Part shown: positions 16,150 through 25,386 of the stretch, in pieces
How the letters are laid out: each line of letters opens with the position of its first letter
Position numbering within the stretch: the first letter of the stretch is position 1
From: a virus
Taxonomy: Duplodnaviria > Caudoviricetes
DNA length: 42,786 bases
Direction: 5' to 3' (one strand)
Virus record (IMG/VR): IMGVR_UViG_3300048579_000050
Location: 1-42,786 of that record
Made by a program: the position numbers and the translations under genes
The notes under the pieces: model-generated
What the model was told of the DNA's origin: nothing
The model's database searches: none
What the model saw: the letters and a program-made list of their open reading frames with translations, nothing else

Positions 16150-16845
16150 TTAGCCTCTAAATGCGAAGCCCGCCTTTTTGGGGCGGGCCATCGGGATTTG
16201 AAGATGTTGAAGCGGCTTCGGTGGCGTCAGGAACGCCGATAGGTTGTCTTGCTCGGGTTGCGCCGGCTGTCCTTGCGCGGCGGGCTGCGGCGCCAGCAAA
16301 CCGGATGCGGAAGCCTGCGCACCAACCGGAGCCAAAGCGCCTTGTTGCTGTTGGGGTAGGATGCCCTGTGCAGGCTGTTGAACTTGCGGCGGTTGGCCGC
16401 TCATCTTGCGATCCGCCCAAGCCGCCAAGTCTGCGCCGGTTCGAATGCCCTGCTTTTCAAGGAACGGATTGGCCGCCCACGCCTTCGGCCCCATGATGTC
16501 GCGAGCAGACCCGGTGGGGTTTTGCAGTAGACGAATGGCGCCTTCAGGCCCCGCGAAGTGGGCCAGGTACGTGGTCCCGCTCGTTACCGGCAGTCCGGCC
16601 GCTCGCAGTCTTTCGCCGTTCTCGCGGGCGTAATTGGCCGTCATTTCCCGCGATAAATCGGGGTTGCTCCGCAATGCCAGAACCTGATCCCGTCCTAGAT
16701 TTTCGACCAGATCGGGTCTATATTTGGCCATCATGGACAGCCAAGTGCTATCGATGAATTGCCCCGCGCCGGTCGCGCTTGAAAGCGGATTTTTGGCATA
16801 CGGATTGCCGCCGCTTTCAACCGATATGATTTGATCGACCGACAT
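16150..16845 (-). CDS. Virion-associated lytic transglycosylase / lysozyme-like ejection protein
   Basis: IISVESGG, SSATGAGQFIDSTW, YLAHFAG, ANP motifs; Gln/Pro-rich tail. Confidence 0.85.
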   Translation of the reverse strand: MSVDQIISVESGGNPYAKNPLSSATGAGQFIDSTWLSMMAKYRPDLVENLGRDQVLALRSNPDLSREMTANYARENGERLRAAGLPVTSGTTYLAHFAGPEGAIRLLQNPTGSARDIMGPKAWAANPFLEKQGIRTGADLAAWADRKMSGQPPQVQQPAQGILPQQQQGALAPVGAQASASGLLAPQPAAQGQPAQPEQDNLSAFLTPPKPLQHLQIPMARPKKAGFAFRG

Positions 16846-17035
16846 GCGATGGTTTCTCTTTCAGGGCTCGGTAGTGTTCGCGGTCATCGCCAGCAACATT
16901 CACTGGCAATGGACGCCGAATAAGGTTCTCGCTGGTGCGATAGGATTCGGCGCGGCGTGGTCCGCTACCGTGTTATTGAACTGGCTGCGGTCGTTGGGCC
17001 ATCAGCGCGGCGTAGAGCGATCCTTGCGCGGGTGA
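16844..17035 (+). CDS. Small two-TM membrane protein, counter-oriented (superinfection-exclusion candidate)
   Basis: Two hydrophobic segments around SNIHWQWTPN; lies between ejection genes. Confidence 0.55.
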   Translation: MRWFLFQGSVVFAVIASNIHWQWTPNKVLAGAIGFGAAWSATVLLNWLRSLGHQRGVERSLRG

Positions 17036-18538
17036 CGGAAGCCGCCCGAGAATGCCTGGGCCTTGTAACGACGCCTGATAGGCCGCGCGGTGCGGAGCAT
17101 ATGACGGCGCACCGGAAGCCAGCGTGTCCATAAGATTATTCATCCGGCGAGCGGCGAGCGCGCTACCGGCTCGGTTCATCCCCATGCCGGCCGCAGGAAG
17201 CGCGACCATGCCGGGGAAGCCGAACATGGCCCCGCCAGCAGAACCCGACGCGAGTTGACCCAAGCCGCCGCCGCCACCAAGCAGTTTGCCGCCGCGCCGC
17301 AGAACCGATTCTGCAAGGCTCGGCAGCACACGCCGCAGCGCGGTAATTTCGTCTCTGGTCCAGCCCCGGAGATGCTTTTCCGGGTTGTTCAGATAGGTGC
17401 GGACCTTCTTGTAAATCTCGTTTTCGAGGTTGCCGCCCGAATGCGTAGCTGCTGCCGTATTGCGAGCCTGTTCAAGTATGCGCTCAACCTTGGCTATCTT
17501 GAACCCGGCCTGAGCCGATGCGCGGGCCTCGCGGAGAATGGCCGACGCGGTTTGCGCGTTTCCGGCGGAAAGTTGCGACTGGTTTAGGTTTGCAAGAAAA
17601 TCATCAATCGCGCCACGGGCAGACATTGCAGCTCTAGCGTTCGGGGTCGGTCTGAAATTTGGCCCAACCTCGCCAGCGTATTCGCCAAGGATTTTGCGAA
17701 CGCTGTCTATGTCCGCAATCCTGACCTCGTGCGGCCCGGCGCCCACACCGGGATTGCGCAGCCGGTCCAGTACGCGAAATGTCCGATCCGCATCATGGGC
17801 GGGAACGGGACCACGCATACCGGCAATCGAGCCGCGATCAATGCCGACTTGGGTTTGATCTACAAACCTGGTCGCTTCGTTACCGTGAATGCGGACTTGA
17901 CCAAGCTCTGGACGATTATAAAGAGCGTTCGTTTCATTGTCGATTTGCGCTCTGGTTGGGCGTGCGGCGACGCCAGTTCCGCGCGTCAATGCCCGCTCAA
18001 TCCCCATGCCGCCGGCAAGGCCGCCAAGCGCGCCGGCAATGGGCGCGTAAGGTTCAAGTGACGTGCCTTCTGTCAGCGCCTTCGCCCCCTCGGCGGCAAC
18101 CGCAGGAAGCCCAACGCGCGTCCCGAGTTTCACCGGGAGACTTGCGGCGCCACCTACCAAGCCGGGCAGGAATGAGCCTGCCGTGCGCGCCAACTCCTCA
18201 ACGCCGCCCTGCGACTTATAGAGCGGGCCGGTCGCACCTTCGACGCGCTTCTGCATGGCTTGCGAGCCGAACCGTTGCGCAATCGGACCCGATTCATCAC
18301 CAGCCTTCGTACCGAGCAGCGCATCCGAACCGCGCGCCACAAGATCAAGCGCGTCGGCCGGCAAGCCGGCAAGCCCGGCAAGGCCTTCGACAAGCCCGGC
18401 GCCAGCGGACTTGGCGATACCAGAGAAAGATGTCTCCGACGCTTTCGGCAATTCGCCAACCGCGCTTGCAAGCGCCTGTTCGTTCGCCGCCTCGATCTGA
18501 TAGGTGCCAGAGTCAGTCTGGACCTCATAGACCGGCAT
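16973..18538 (-). CDS. DNA ejection / internal virion protein
   Basis: Ala/Gly-rich helical 521 aa; position in the podovirus ejection cluster. Confidence 0.7.
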   Translation of the reverse strand: MPVYEVQTDSGTYQIEAANEQALASAVGELPKASETSFSGIAKSAGAGLVEGLAGLAGLPADALDLVARGSDALLGTKAGDESGPIAQRFGSQAMQKRVEGATGPLYKSQGGVEELARTAGSFLPGLVGGAASLPVKLGTRVGLPAVAAEGAKALTEGTSLEPYAPIAGALGGLAGGMGIERALTRGTGVAARPTRAQIDNETNALYNRPELGQVRIHGNEATRFVDQTQVGIDRGSIAGMRGPVPAHDADRTFRVLDRLRNPGVGAGPHEVRIADIDSVRKILGEYAGEVGPNFRPTPNARAAMSARGAIDDFLANLNQSQLSAGNAQTASAILREARASAQAGFKIAKVERILEQARNTAAATHSGGNLENEIYKKVRTYLNNPEKHLRGWTRDEITALRRVLPSLAESVLRRGGKLLGGGGGLGQLASGSAGGAMFGFPGMVALPAAGMGMNRAGSALAARRMNNLMDTLASGAPSYAPHRAAYQASLQGPGILGRLPSPAQGSLYAALMAQRPQPVQ

Positions 18539-19809
18539 TAGTCAGACACCTTCTTAAAGCGCGCCCCACCGGGGAGTTGCCCCCAGCCCTGATTGCCTTG
18601 GAAGTTGTACGGAGCGGCCTGCCCCGCCTTTTGCGAGGCGCGATCAATGCCAAGCCTGAGAATGCCCTTGTAGTCTTCAAGCGCCTTGTCAAATTCGGCC
18701 CTCGACGTGGCGCGATCCATGCGGGTGATTGCAGCGGTGGCCTTCTCGCCCTCTATCTGGGTAATCTGCCCGCCACCCTTGAGCGTCTGGAATGCCGTCA
18801 TGAACGCACCAGACTTGATCTGCTCCAAAAGGTTGTTGGCGTCATAGCCCTTGGTGGACGGAATGAGCGGAGCCTTACCGAACGGATCATGCCAGCCGAT
18901 TTGCTTGCGGCCGGGATGGGCGCTTAACTCATCGATCAGGCGCAATTGTTCCTTGGCGGTCGCAACGGCGCCGGGCAAATCGATCTTCGCATTCGCGCGG
19001 GATTCGCCCTCCACGGTGCCGGCCTTTTCAGCGGCATTCTTTCTCTGCATCCAGTCGAGAGCGCGGGATTGCCCACCCTGACCGCCACCGCCAGTGCCGA
19101 ACGCCATGTCGCGCGCAATGGCGCCTTCGACAGTCGCAGGCTGTTTGAAAAACTCCTCCATGATCTTTGGGTTTTGAGCCGCGACGGCGGCCATCGCATT
19201 GGCCTGTTGCGGGTTCATACCTTGACCCTGGAAAAACGTCGAAAGGTTCTGTGCGGCCTTTTGCTGCTGCTGTGTCTGCCGATAGCGCGAAACATAATCT
19301 GGCGAGAACCGATCCAGAAATTCCATCCATCGGTCCTGACCCGTGGACGTAGTACCGGGCGCAACGGCTGCGGGTGCGGCCGGATTGCCCTGCGGATTGA
19401 TCTGTATGCCGGTCACGCCGCCAGCACCGCCAGAGCGGCGCTGTGCGGTCGCCTCATCAACCGGCGGCTGCGCCTGCCCGTATGTCGGAACCATCTGACC
19501 GCCGAATGCGTAGGAGCCGGTCGGCATATCGAATGCGGCCTGAGCCTGCTGTGGCGGCTGCATTAGCGGAGCGGGCGCCTGCTGCTGCGGGGGCTGCATT
19601 GCGCCAAAGCGTTCGGCAAACGTGTCTCCGGTTAGCGCGCCGGGCTTGCCAAGGTTGATATTCCAGCCTTCAGACCCTTTGCTCGCTGTGATGTCGAATA
19701 GCGGCGTGTCGGCCCTGGGGCGGATGTCGCCAACATTCTGCTCCGGGAAAAATCCGCCGAAAATGTTTCGGCCGGCAGGCTGCATCAGGAAGTCTAGAAG
19801 CCCCGCCAT
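18538..19809 (-). CDS. DNA ejection / internal virion protein
   Basis: MAGLLD start; Gln-rich; C-terminal AFQTLKGGGQITQIEGEKATAA motif. Confidence 0.72.
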   Translation of the reverse strand: MAGLLDFLMQPAGRNIFGGFFPEQNVGDIRPRADTPLFDITASKGSEGWNINLGKPGALTGDTFAERFGAMQPPQQQAPAPLMQPPQQAQAAFDMPTGSYAFGGQMVPTYGQAQPPVDEATAQRRSGGAGGVTGIQINPQGNPAAPAAVAPGTTSTGQDRWMEFLDRFSPDYVSRYRQTQQQQKAAQNLSTFFQGQGMNPQQANAMAAVAAQNPKIMEEFFKQPATVEGAIARDMAFGTGGGGQGGQSRALDWMQRKNAAEKAGTVEGESRANAKIDLPGAVATAKEQLRLIDELSAHPGRKQIGWHDPFGKAPLIPSTKGYDANNLLEQIKSGAFMTAFQTLKGGGQITQIEGEKATAAITRMDRATSRAEFDKALEDYKGILRLGIDRASQKAGQAAPYNFQGNQGWGQLPGGARFKKVSD

Positions 19810-20907
19810 TTACGCGGCCTCCGTTGCGATGCCGTAGTCAACCGTTTTATACCCAGAGACCTCGCCAACGGCGTCGGGCACTACCGCCTGAACCTCGTCG
19901 GCCATCAACCCGATATGAACCGGCCCGCCCCAAGCATAGCGGTAGGAATAGACGGTCAGTCCGTTGTCGAGCTTGCCGACAGGCCGGATGTCTTCCTTCA
20001 ACCGCCGATCCGAGAAGATTGCGCCAAGCGATTGCACGCCGGTCATGGCCTTCGGAATGCCGCCGGCAATGCTCGTCCATCCCGCGATCTGTTGCAGCGG
20101 AGACATGGTTTGCGTGCCCGTGCTTGTAGCCGTGCCACTGGTCTGCGAGCCAGCGCCCGCAATCGGCAGCAACAGCGAGGACAGGTTTTGCAGATTTCCA
20201 AGCGGCAACCCGCGCCGCATGGCTTCTGCTTCAAGGATGGACTTGGCGCCGTAGTTCTGTGCGCCCAATGCCTCAGCCGCCGCGCCAACGCCCTGCGCAC
20301 GATTGCCTAGCGCGGTCTGGTCGAGGTTAGACAGCAGACCCGCCGTTTGCCCGCCCGCGCTATACATATTGTCCATCAGCCCGCGTTGCGTGGCGACATT
20401 CTTATTGTACTGATCGGCAAAGACCGGCGCCGTACCCTCGGTAATCCCGCGAGCCAGCGTTTGCGTATTCATGCCGGACAGATCACGGCCCGCGCCCGCA
20501 AACATGCCATTGACGCGGTTTTGAATGTCGTCGGAAATCGTGGAAAGATAATTCTTGAATGCCGGGTTGCTCGATGGGTCCAGATAGCTTGGGTCCAAGT
20601 ACGGCTGCGCCTGCTTCTGATAATTCGCATAGGCGTCCGACGCCATACCCGTTCTGTCAATGCCGCCGCCAAACAAATCGCTAGCCAGGCTTTGAATCTG
20701 CGACACATAGGGATTGCCGGCCTGCGCATTGGCGGAAATCGTATTGAGCGCGCCAGCTTCGGCAGCGGTTGTCTTGTAGTTCGGGATTTCGCCGCCGATG
20801 CCCTTAACGATTTTCTGAAGGCCGCCCTGGGTCGGCTCCCACGGATTCGTTTTTGTCTGGGTCTGCGTGTTCTGCGTCGCAGAACTTGTTCCCATGCTAC
20901 TGCCCAT
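19810..20907 (-). CDS. DNA transfer (ejection) protein with a C-terminal S74-like intramolecular chaperone domain
   Basis: MGSS...TQTQT..PW N-terminus; SDRRLKEDI...GLMADEV...PDAV...VDY C-terminus. Confidence 0.75.
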   Translation of the reverse strand: MGSSMGTSSATQNTQTQTKTNPWEPTQGGLQKIVKGIGGEIPNYKTTAAEAGALNTISANAQAGNPYVSQIQSLASDLFGGGIDRTGMASDAYANYQKQAQPYLDPSYLDPSSNPAFKNYLSTISDDIQNRVNGMFAGAGRDLSGMNTQTLARGITEGTAPVFADQYNKNVATQRGLMDNMYSAGGQTAGLLSNLDQTALGNRAQGVGAAAEALGAQNYGAKSILEAEAMRRGLPLGNLQNLSSLLLPIAGAGSQTSGTATSTGTQTMSPLQQIAGWTSIAGGIPKAMTGVQSLGAIFSDRRLKEDIRPVGKLDNGLTVYSYRYAWGGPVHIGLMADEVQAVVPDAVGEVSGYKTVDYGIATEAA

Positions 20908-21307
20908 AGATTTTTCTTTCCATGACGACGCCAATCTCCCTGTAGTCAGGAAGTTTGCGCTTCCATCCCTTCCGCCCTATCCAGCGGATCGCGTCGCAGC
21001 CTTCCGCTGCGGCGTATTTCTCGATGCCATCGATAAGATGCAGCCAACGTTTCGAGCCTTCGCCACCAATTGCGGGGATGAAGCAAATCTTGCTGTTCTG
21101 CGTGATTTCCAGTCTCGTGACGACTGCGCATTCAATCCCGCGCGCGTCGCTGTGAATGATCCAGAGCAGCGCCCGCCCCGACATTACATCCGTGTCGAGA
21201 TCGGACGCTAACCCCAAGTCAGTCCTATCGAGTGCCGCGCAAACCATAGGTCGGACGGAGGGCCAAAGATCGCCCGCCATTTCGGGCGGGCAACAGAGAA
21301 GTCTCAA
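20897..21307 (-). CDS. GNAT-like phage protein
   Basis: IEKYAAAEGCDAIRWIGRKGWKR; probable TTG start at 21307. Confidence 0.65.
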   Translation of the reverse strand: MRLLCCPPEMAGDLWPSVRPMVCAALDRTDLGLASDLDTDVMSGRALLWIIHSDARGIECAVVTRLEITQNSKICFIPAIGGEGSKRWLHLIDGIEKYAAAEGCDAIRWIGRKGWKRKLPDYREIGVVMERKIYGQ

Positions 21308-21816
21308 TCTACGCCCATAATATGCCAAGCGTCCCGCCAGTTGCGGTAGGCCCGCTCTATCGCATGATCAGGGTTCATGCCCCTAATTGCATCACGCATT
21401 ACTTCCGGCTTGCCGCCGAACATGCCGGGGAAAACAACCTCAACCTGCTGTGTGTGCGGGTAATTTCCACTATCAAACGACTTGCCTTTATAAGCGTCGT
21501 TCTTCCCGTACCCCATCAATGCATCAGGGACGTTTTGGTATGGTCTAATGCCTGCGCGAAGTTCATTTGCTCCGGCGGGGGCTACGCCAGAGCCAAAAGT
21601 CAGCAAGCCCGCCAAATCGGCGGCCCGATTCATCATCGTGCCTTGCGTGGCCTGCTGCCGCGCCTCGTCCTCATCCGACCACATGCCGGGCTTTGACGGC
21701 TGGACGCCTAGAATGCCGCCAGCAACTTGCCCCGGTAACTGCACGGCTTCAAGCGCGGATTGTGCCATTCTGACGGGCCATGTTTGCCCTATCTTGTCAA
21801 GAAGCCCAGCCATCAT
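21304..21816 (-). CDS. Hypothetical virion / ejected protein
   Basis: MAGLLD start shared with 18538-19809; lies within the morphogenesis operon. Confidence 0.65.
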   Translation of the reverse strand: MMAGLLDKIGQTWPVRMAQSALEAVQLPGQVAGGILGVQPSKPGMWSDEDEARQQATQGTMMNRAADLAGLLTFGSGVAPAGANELRAGIRPYQNVPDALMGYGKNDAYKGKSFDSGNYPHTQQVEVVFPGMFGGKPEVMRDAIRGMNPDHAIERAYRNWRDAWHIMGVD

Positions 21817-22125
21817 CTACCCCAGACACACAAACCCAAAAGTTTTATCGACTTGCGAGTTGTTGGCGTGCGTTATGGTGAAAGACCCGTTATTAATTGC
21901 ACTAACGTAAGTCGTGGCTAAAGCCGCCGCCGCGTTAGCCGTAAGGGGAATTAGAAACGGATACGACGCCGAGCCACAATTCATCGCCGTTACGGCGGTT
22001 GACGCCGCATTTGCGGTAAGCGTAACCGTCCCCGTCGCGTTAGATCGCCCCTTGGTCAATTCCTGAACCGCGCCGACGATTTTGGATAATTCCTTTTCCT
22101 CGCGCTGTAGGACGGTTGCCGTCAC
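21817..22125 (-). CDS. Small tail-associated structural protein
   Basis: GRSNATGTVTLTANAASTAV...SFTITHANN; coupled to the tail protein gene. Confidence 0.7.
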   Translation of the reverse strand: MTATVLQREEKELSKIVGAVQELTKGRSNATGTVTLTANAASTAVTAMNCGSASYPFLIPLTANAAAALATTYVSAINNGSFTITHANNSQVDKTFGFVCLG

Positions 22126-23579
22126 CGCGTGCCCTCAGGTACGGCATCCGGCTCAACACCAGACGCAAATGTCCATATTTCAGCGGCCGGGACGCGAAGC
22201 TTGCCGCGAGACAATCTCGTTGACGCGCGCAACGGGCAAAACCCCTGATCGTTAATCAGGCTTTCGCCGGTATAGGCAACACTGTCCTGCAAATTCTCCC
22301 GCGTCGAAGCGGAGCCGTAGGCGGTTTCCGCATCCGTGATCGGGCTAAAGCCGCGAATAAACATCCGCTTTCCTTCGGCGCGGTGTTCCGGCGTTTCAAG
22401 CGTAGCTTCCAGCGCGTCGCCGTTGTAAAAGCCCAGCGTGTGCGTCCCGTCGAATGCGGCAATTTCTGGTAAGGACGAACCGGCATAGGCGTCCAAAGAT
22501 TGCGGTAGCGCATCGAGGCTACCCGAAATCGTGTCCAGCCCTTCAAGCGTGATGCCGGGCTGCGAGAGTGTAGAAATAAACTCGCCCTGCATTTCAATGG
22601 GCGCAAACCTGTTCAATGCATAATCGTAGCAGAGTATCTTGTCGAACAACTCAGCATCACCCGAAACCGACTTGTAGGCCCAAAACACCCGGCTCGACTT
22701 CGGATCGGACGCGCCTAAAACCAACTGCATATTGGATTGATCGATGTCGGTCATAACCGTTCGGTCAACCCTTTCCTTCCCTATCGGCTCCGGGTAGCCC
22801 GAAGGCGTCAGCCCCATGAAGCCCTTAGACGAAAGGAAAAAGATTTTATCGGCCGAGCGGACCAATGAATACGGCGCTAACAATCCAACGTCTTCCGCAA
22901 CGCGCTCGATCTGAAAGATCAGCGGCGAGCCGGGCGCGTACACCATCCGGCGAATAGACAAGTCTTGCAGGATCACGCCGGTTTCGCCGCCGGCAACGCC
23001 GCGAACAACACCCCCATCGGGGAAGTCCTGATAATCCGACGAATTAACGCCGGATGTCCATTCGGTAACGTCACCCAGGCCCGACCATTGAATGCGCTGC
23101 GGATAGGTCAGCAACCCGGACAGCACCAGAAACCGCCCGACAATATCGGCATAGCGGCATTGCGGAGGCGAACCGGGCAAATCCGCAAAGGCCGTAGGCG
23201 TAGCTAGATCGTAATATTGCGGAACCTCGTTGACTTGCACCGCAATAACGTAATCGCCGAACTGGCGAAACTGCCATTGATCGGTAGACGGAACGGACGT
23301 GTAAGGCCCGCCGCCCTGCGAGACAACATCCCAATCAAGATCGGTGTTGTTAAACAGGTAAATATCGGTAGCGGTCGCCGCAAAGATCGCAATCGAGCCG
23401 TCAGACTTCAGTGCCTTGATAAAACCCCGGCAGCGTCCCGGCAGCGCATCCCCGTAAGCGGCAAAATCCCCGAAAGGACCGTAACCGTCGCCGCGCGGCA
23501 GCACGTTCAACAGGTTGCGGGTATGCTCGCCCTTATAGTCCGATACATCCGGGCGGTACTCTCCGAACGGCAGCGTCAC
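22122..23579 (-). CDS. Tail tube / nozzle (P22 gp10-like) stabilisation protein
   Basis: LPFGEYRPD N-terminus; beta-propeller-like with RIQWSG..D...W; position after the adaptor. Confidence 0.75.
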   Translation of the reverse strand: MTLPFGEYRPDVSDYKGEHTRNLLNVLPRGDGYGPFGDFAAYGDALPGRCRGFIKALKSDGSIAIFAATATDIYLFNNTDLDWDVVSQGGGPYTSVPSTDQWQFRQFGDYVIAVQVNEVPQYYDLATPTAFADLPGSPPQCRYADIVGRFLVLSGLLTYPQRIQWSGLGDVTEWTSGVNSSDYQDFPDGGVVRGVAGGETGVILQDLSIRRMVYAPGSPLIFQIERVAEDVGLLAPYSLVRSADKIFFLSSKGFMGLTPSGYPEPIGKERVDRTVMTDIDQSNMQLVLGASDPKSSRVFWAYKSVSGDAELFDKILCYDYALNRFAPIEMQGEFISTLSQPGITLEGLDTISGSLDALPQSLDAYAGSSLPEIAAFDGTHTLGFYNGDALEATLETPEHRAEGKRMFIRGFSPITDAETAYGSASTRENLQDSVAYTGESLINDQGFCPLRASTRLSRGKLRVPAAEIWTFASGVEPDAVPEGTR

Positions 23580-24211
23580 GGTGTGATCCAGTGCAGATAA
23601 ACGCCGCCGTCAACGGTATTAGCCCGTGCGTCGGACGAGTTCATGCCGGCGACCAAAGCCTTGAGCAATATCCCCTGCTTCATTGCCTCGGCGTCGTCCT
23701 TTACGAATATAGCCGCCTGCATCAATGATGCCCGGAGATAGACATTCGCATTCTTGGTAAGAAGCCAGTTAGGGTCATTCGACGCCAGCGGGGGGATCGT
23801 CCGATAATGGTGAACCTCGATATCGTTCGCCGTGAGCGGGAACATGTAGAGGCTAGACCCGATAATCGTGTAGTGGTTAGCCTCCCCGCTGGAACGGGTC
23901 GGATAGAAATAATCCGCCGTCTCGGGCGTGATATATTCGAGCGGCCGGCGGATGCCGGCTTCCTCGACAACCCGCCTAGGCTCAAGGAACGTGCTAGGCA
24001 GCGTTACGGCGCCGTCAGTCGGCGTCAAAGAACTAACCGTTTCCATGTCCCGAACGCGAAGCGGCTCAAGATCGTATTCCGCAGACTTCATGCCGAAATT
24101 AAGCGTGTTCTCGGCAAGCATAATCAGGTCGGGCAAGTAGCTGGTCAGGTCCGATCGGGCCATGTGGTCGGCTATGGCAGTCTGCAACTGCGCATAGGTC
24201 GTGATGCTCAT
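23576..24211 (-). CDS. Head-tail adaptor protein
   Basis: ITTYAQLQTAIADHMARSDL...LAE; NWLLTK...YL. Confidence 0.8.
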   Translation of the reverse strand: MSITTYAQLQTAIADHMARSDLTSYLPDLIMLAENTLNFGMKSAEYDLEPLRVRDMETVSSLTPTDGAVTLPSTFLEPRRVVEEAGIRRPLEYITPETADYFYPTRSSGEANHYTIIGSSLYMFPLTANDIEVHHYRTIPPLASNDPNWLLTKNANVYLRASLMQAAIFVKDDAEAMKQGILLKALVAGMNSSDARANTVDGGVYLHWITP

Positions 24212-24561
24212 ACCTTGCCCCGGAACGTGCGGAACGGTCGATTGCTATCGGCGTTCAGCCACCACTTTGTAAAATCCTCATCGCCTTCCTTGAGGCGCTT
24301 GGCAAAATCGCGATAAAACACGTTGAGCGGGATGCGGGCGATCAACCTGTCATCCCCGAACCGCTCGCCGTGCGAGTCGTCAAACATCTGCTTGTTTGCC
24401 GCAAGCAAGGTGTCTTCGGTCAGGTTCTCGGTCTTGCGGAAACCGACGCCATTAGCCTTATCGACCCAATAGACGTAATGACGCCGCAACCCGTCGCTGG
24501 AAAGCGATTCAAATTCCCACTGATCGTCCGGGATACGGGATGGGTCAGGCAGCGATGTCAT
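24208..24561 (-). CDS. Hypothetical head-associated protein
   Basis: IARIPL...KWWLN..NRPFRT..GKV; probable start at 24561. Confidence 0.7.
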   Translation of the reverse strand: MTSLPDPSRIPDDQWEFESLSSDGLRRHYVYWVDKANGVGFRKTENLTEDTLLAANKQMFDDSHGERFGDDRLIARIPLNVFYRDFAKRLKEGDEDFTKWWLNADSNRPFRTFRGKV

Positions 24562-24838
24562 CGGCGCGGTCGGCGATCTTTTTCGCGACAAGGCCCTTGG
24601 CCTCGTCAATCGGCAGGCGAATATGTGTCCCGGCCCAAATCTTGTTATCGAAGCCAACACCCGGATTCGGGGGCGGGAAGCCCTCGCCACGGATGAACTC
24701 CTCGGGCGTGACCACAATCATCTGGCCCGCCGTGTTCTTCGCCTCAACCTTCGGCCGCATGTGGCCGATGATTTCATGCCGCCCCATCGGGACGTAGTGT
24801 CGCTTCAGGACAACGGGAAATAGTTTTTCGTCGGCCAT
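24545..24838 (-). CDS. Hypothetical structural-region protein
   Basis: AAGGA RBS before ATG 24838; ends EAKGLVAKKIADRAD. Confidence 0.7.
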   Translation of the reverse strand: MADEKLFPVVLKRHYVPMGRHEIIGHMRPKVEAKNTAGQMIVVTPEEFIRGEGFPPPNPGVGFDNKIWAGTHIRLPIDEAKGLVAKKIADRADDIAA

Positions 24839-24882
24839 CTCGTTATCCTTTTTGGCTTTTGACATGCATTGCTCCGAAAATG

Positions 24883-24910
24883 AAAAGGGCGGCCACAAGG
24901 ACCGCCCTTC
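24883..24910 (-). terminator. Rho-independent terminator after the capsid/decoration genes
   Basis: On the - strand: AAGGGCGGT-loop-GCCGCCCTTTT. Confidence 0.7.
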
Positions 24911-24931
24911 AGTTTCTTGCTCGGTATGGCC

Positions 24932-25363
24932 TTACTGGTCAGCCATCGTCGGGACGGTTGCGCTAACAACCGTTCCATTGATATACCAGGTAGTTCCGTC
25001 ATAGCACTCGATCCGAACCCGCGTGCCCGCGCCGGGCGTAACAACGGTGAATTTCGAGTTGGAATTGCCGTCGCTATAGACGGTCGATACTTCGTCGCCG
25101 GTATCGGCGGCATCGGTATCGAGGAACACAACGCCGCCCTTGAAGTAGTTGGTATCAGACCCGGTGTTGATAACCCAATTCTGGGCATCGGCCGCCGCGC
25201 CTGCGTAGGCGAACTCGAACCACAGACCGGCCTTTGGAGTGGGCGGCGTGATGGTACAAGTTGACGTAAGGTCCGGTAGCCAGTGAGTGCAGCCGGAATT
25301 GTCCGCCTTGACCGTATAGGTCGAGGCATCCGCGATCAGAACAGGAACGTGAGTAACAGGCAT
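24932..25363 (-). CDS. Probable capsid decoration protein
   Basis: AAGGAG RBS; directly follows the capsid gene; beta-rich. Confidence 0.6.
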   Translation of the reverse strand: MPVTHVPVLIADASTYTVKADNSGCTHWLPDLTSTCTITPPTPKAGLWFEFAYAGAAADAQNWVINTGSDTNYFKGGVVFLDTDAADTGDEVSTVYSDGNSNSKFTVVTPGAGTRVRIECYDGTTWYINGTVVSATVPTMADQ

Positions 25364-25386
25364 TGTGGTGGTCTCCTTTTCTGCCG

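Noticed and set aside
17779-19566. Long + strand ORFs antisense to ejection genes, and similar antisense ORFs across the late operon
   Set aside because: Typical high-GC antisense shadows with Arg/Pro-rich composition and no motifs or RBS
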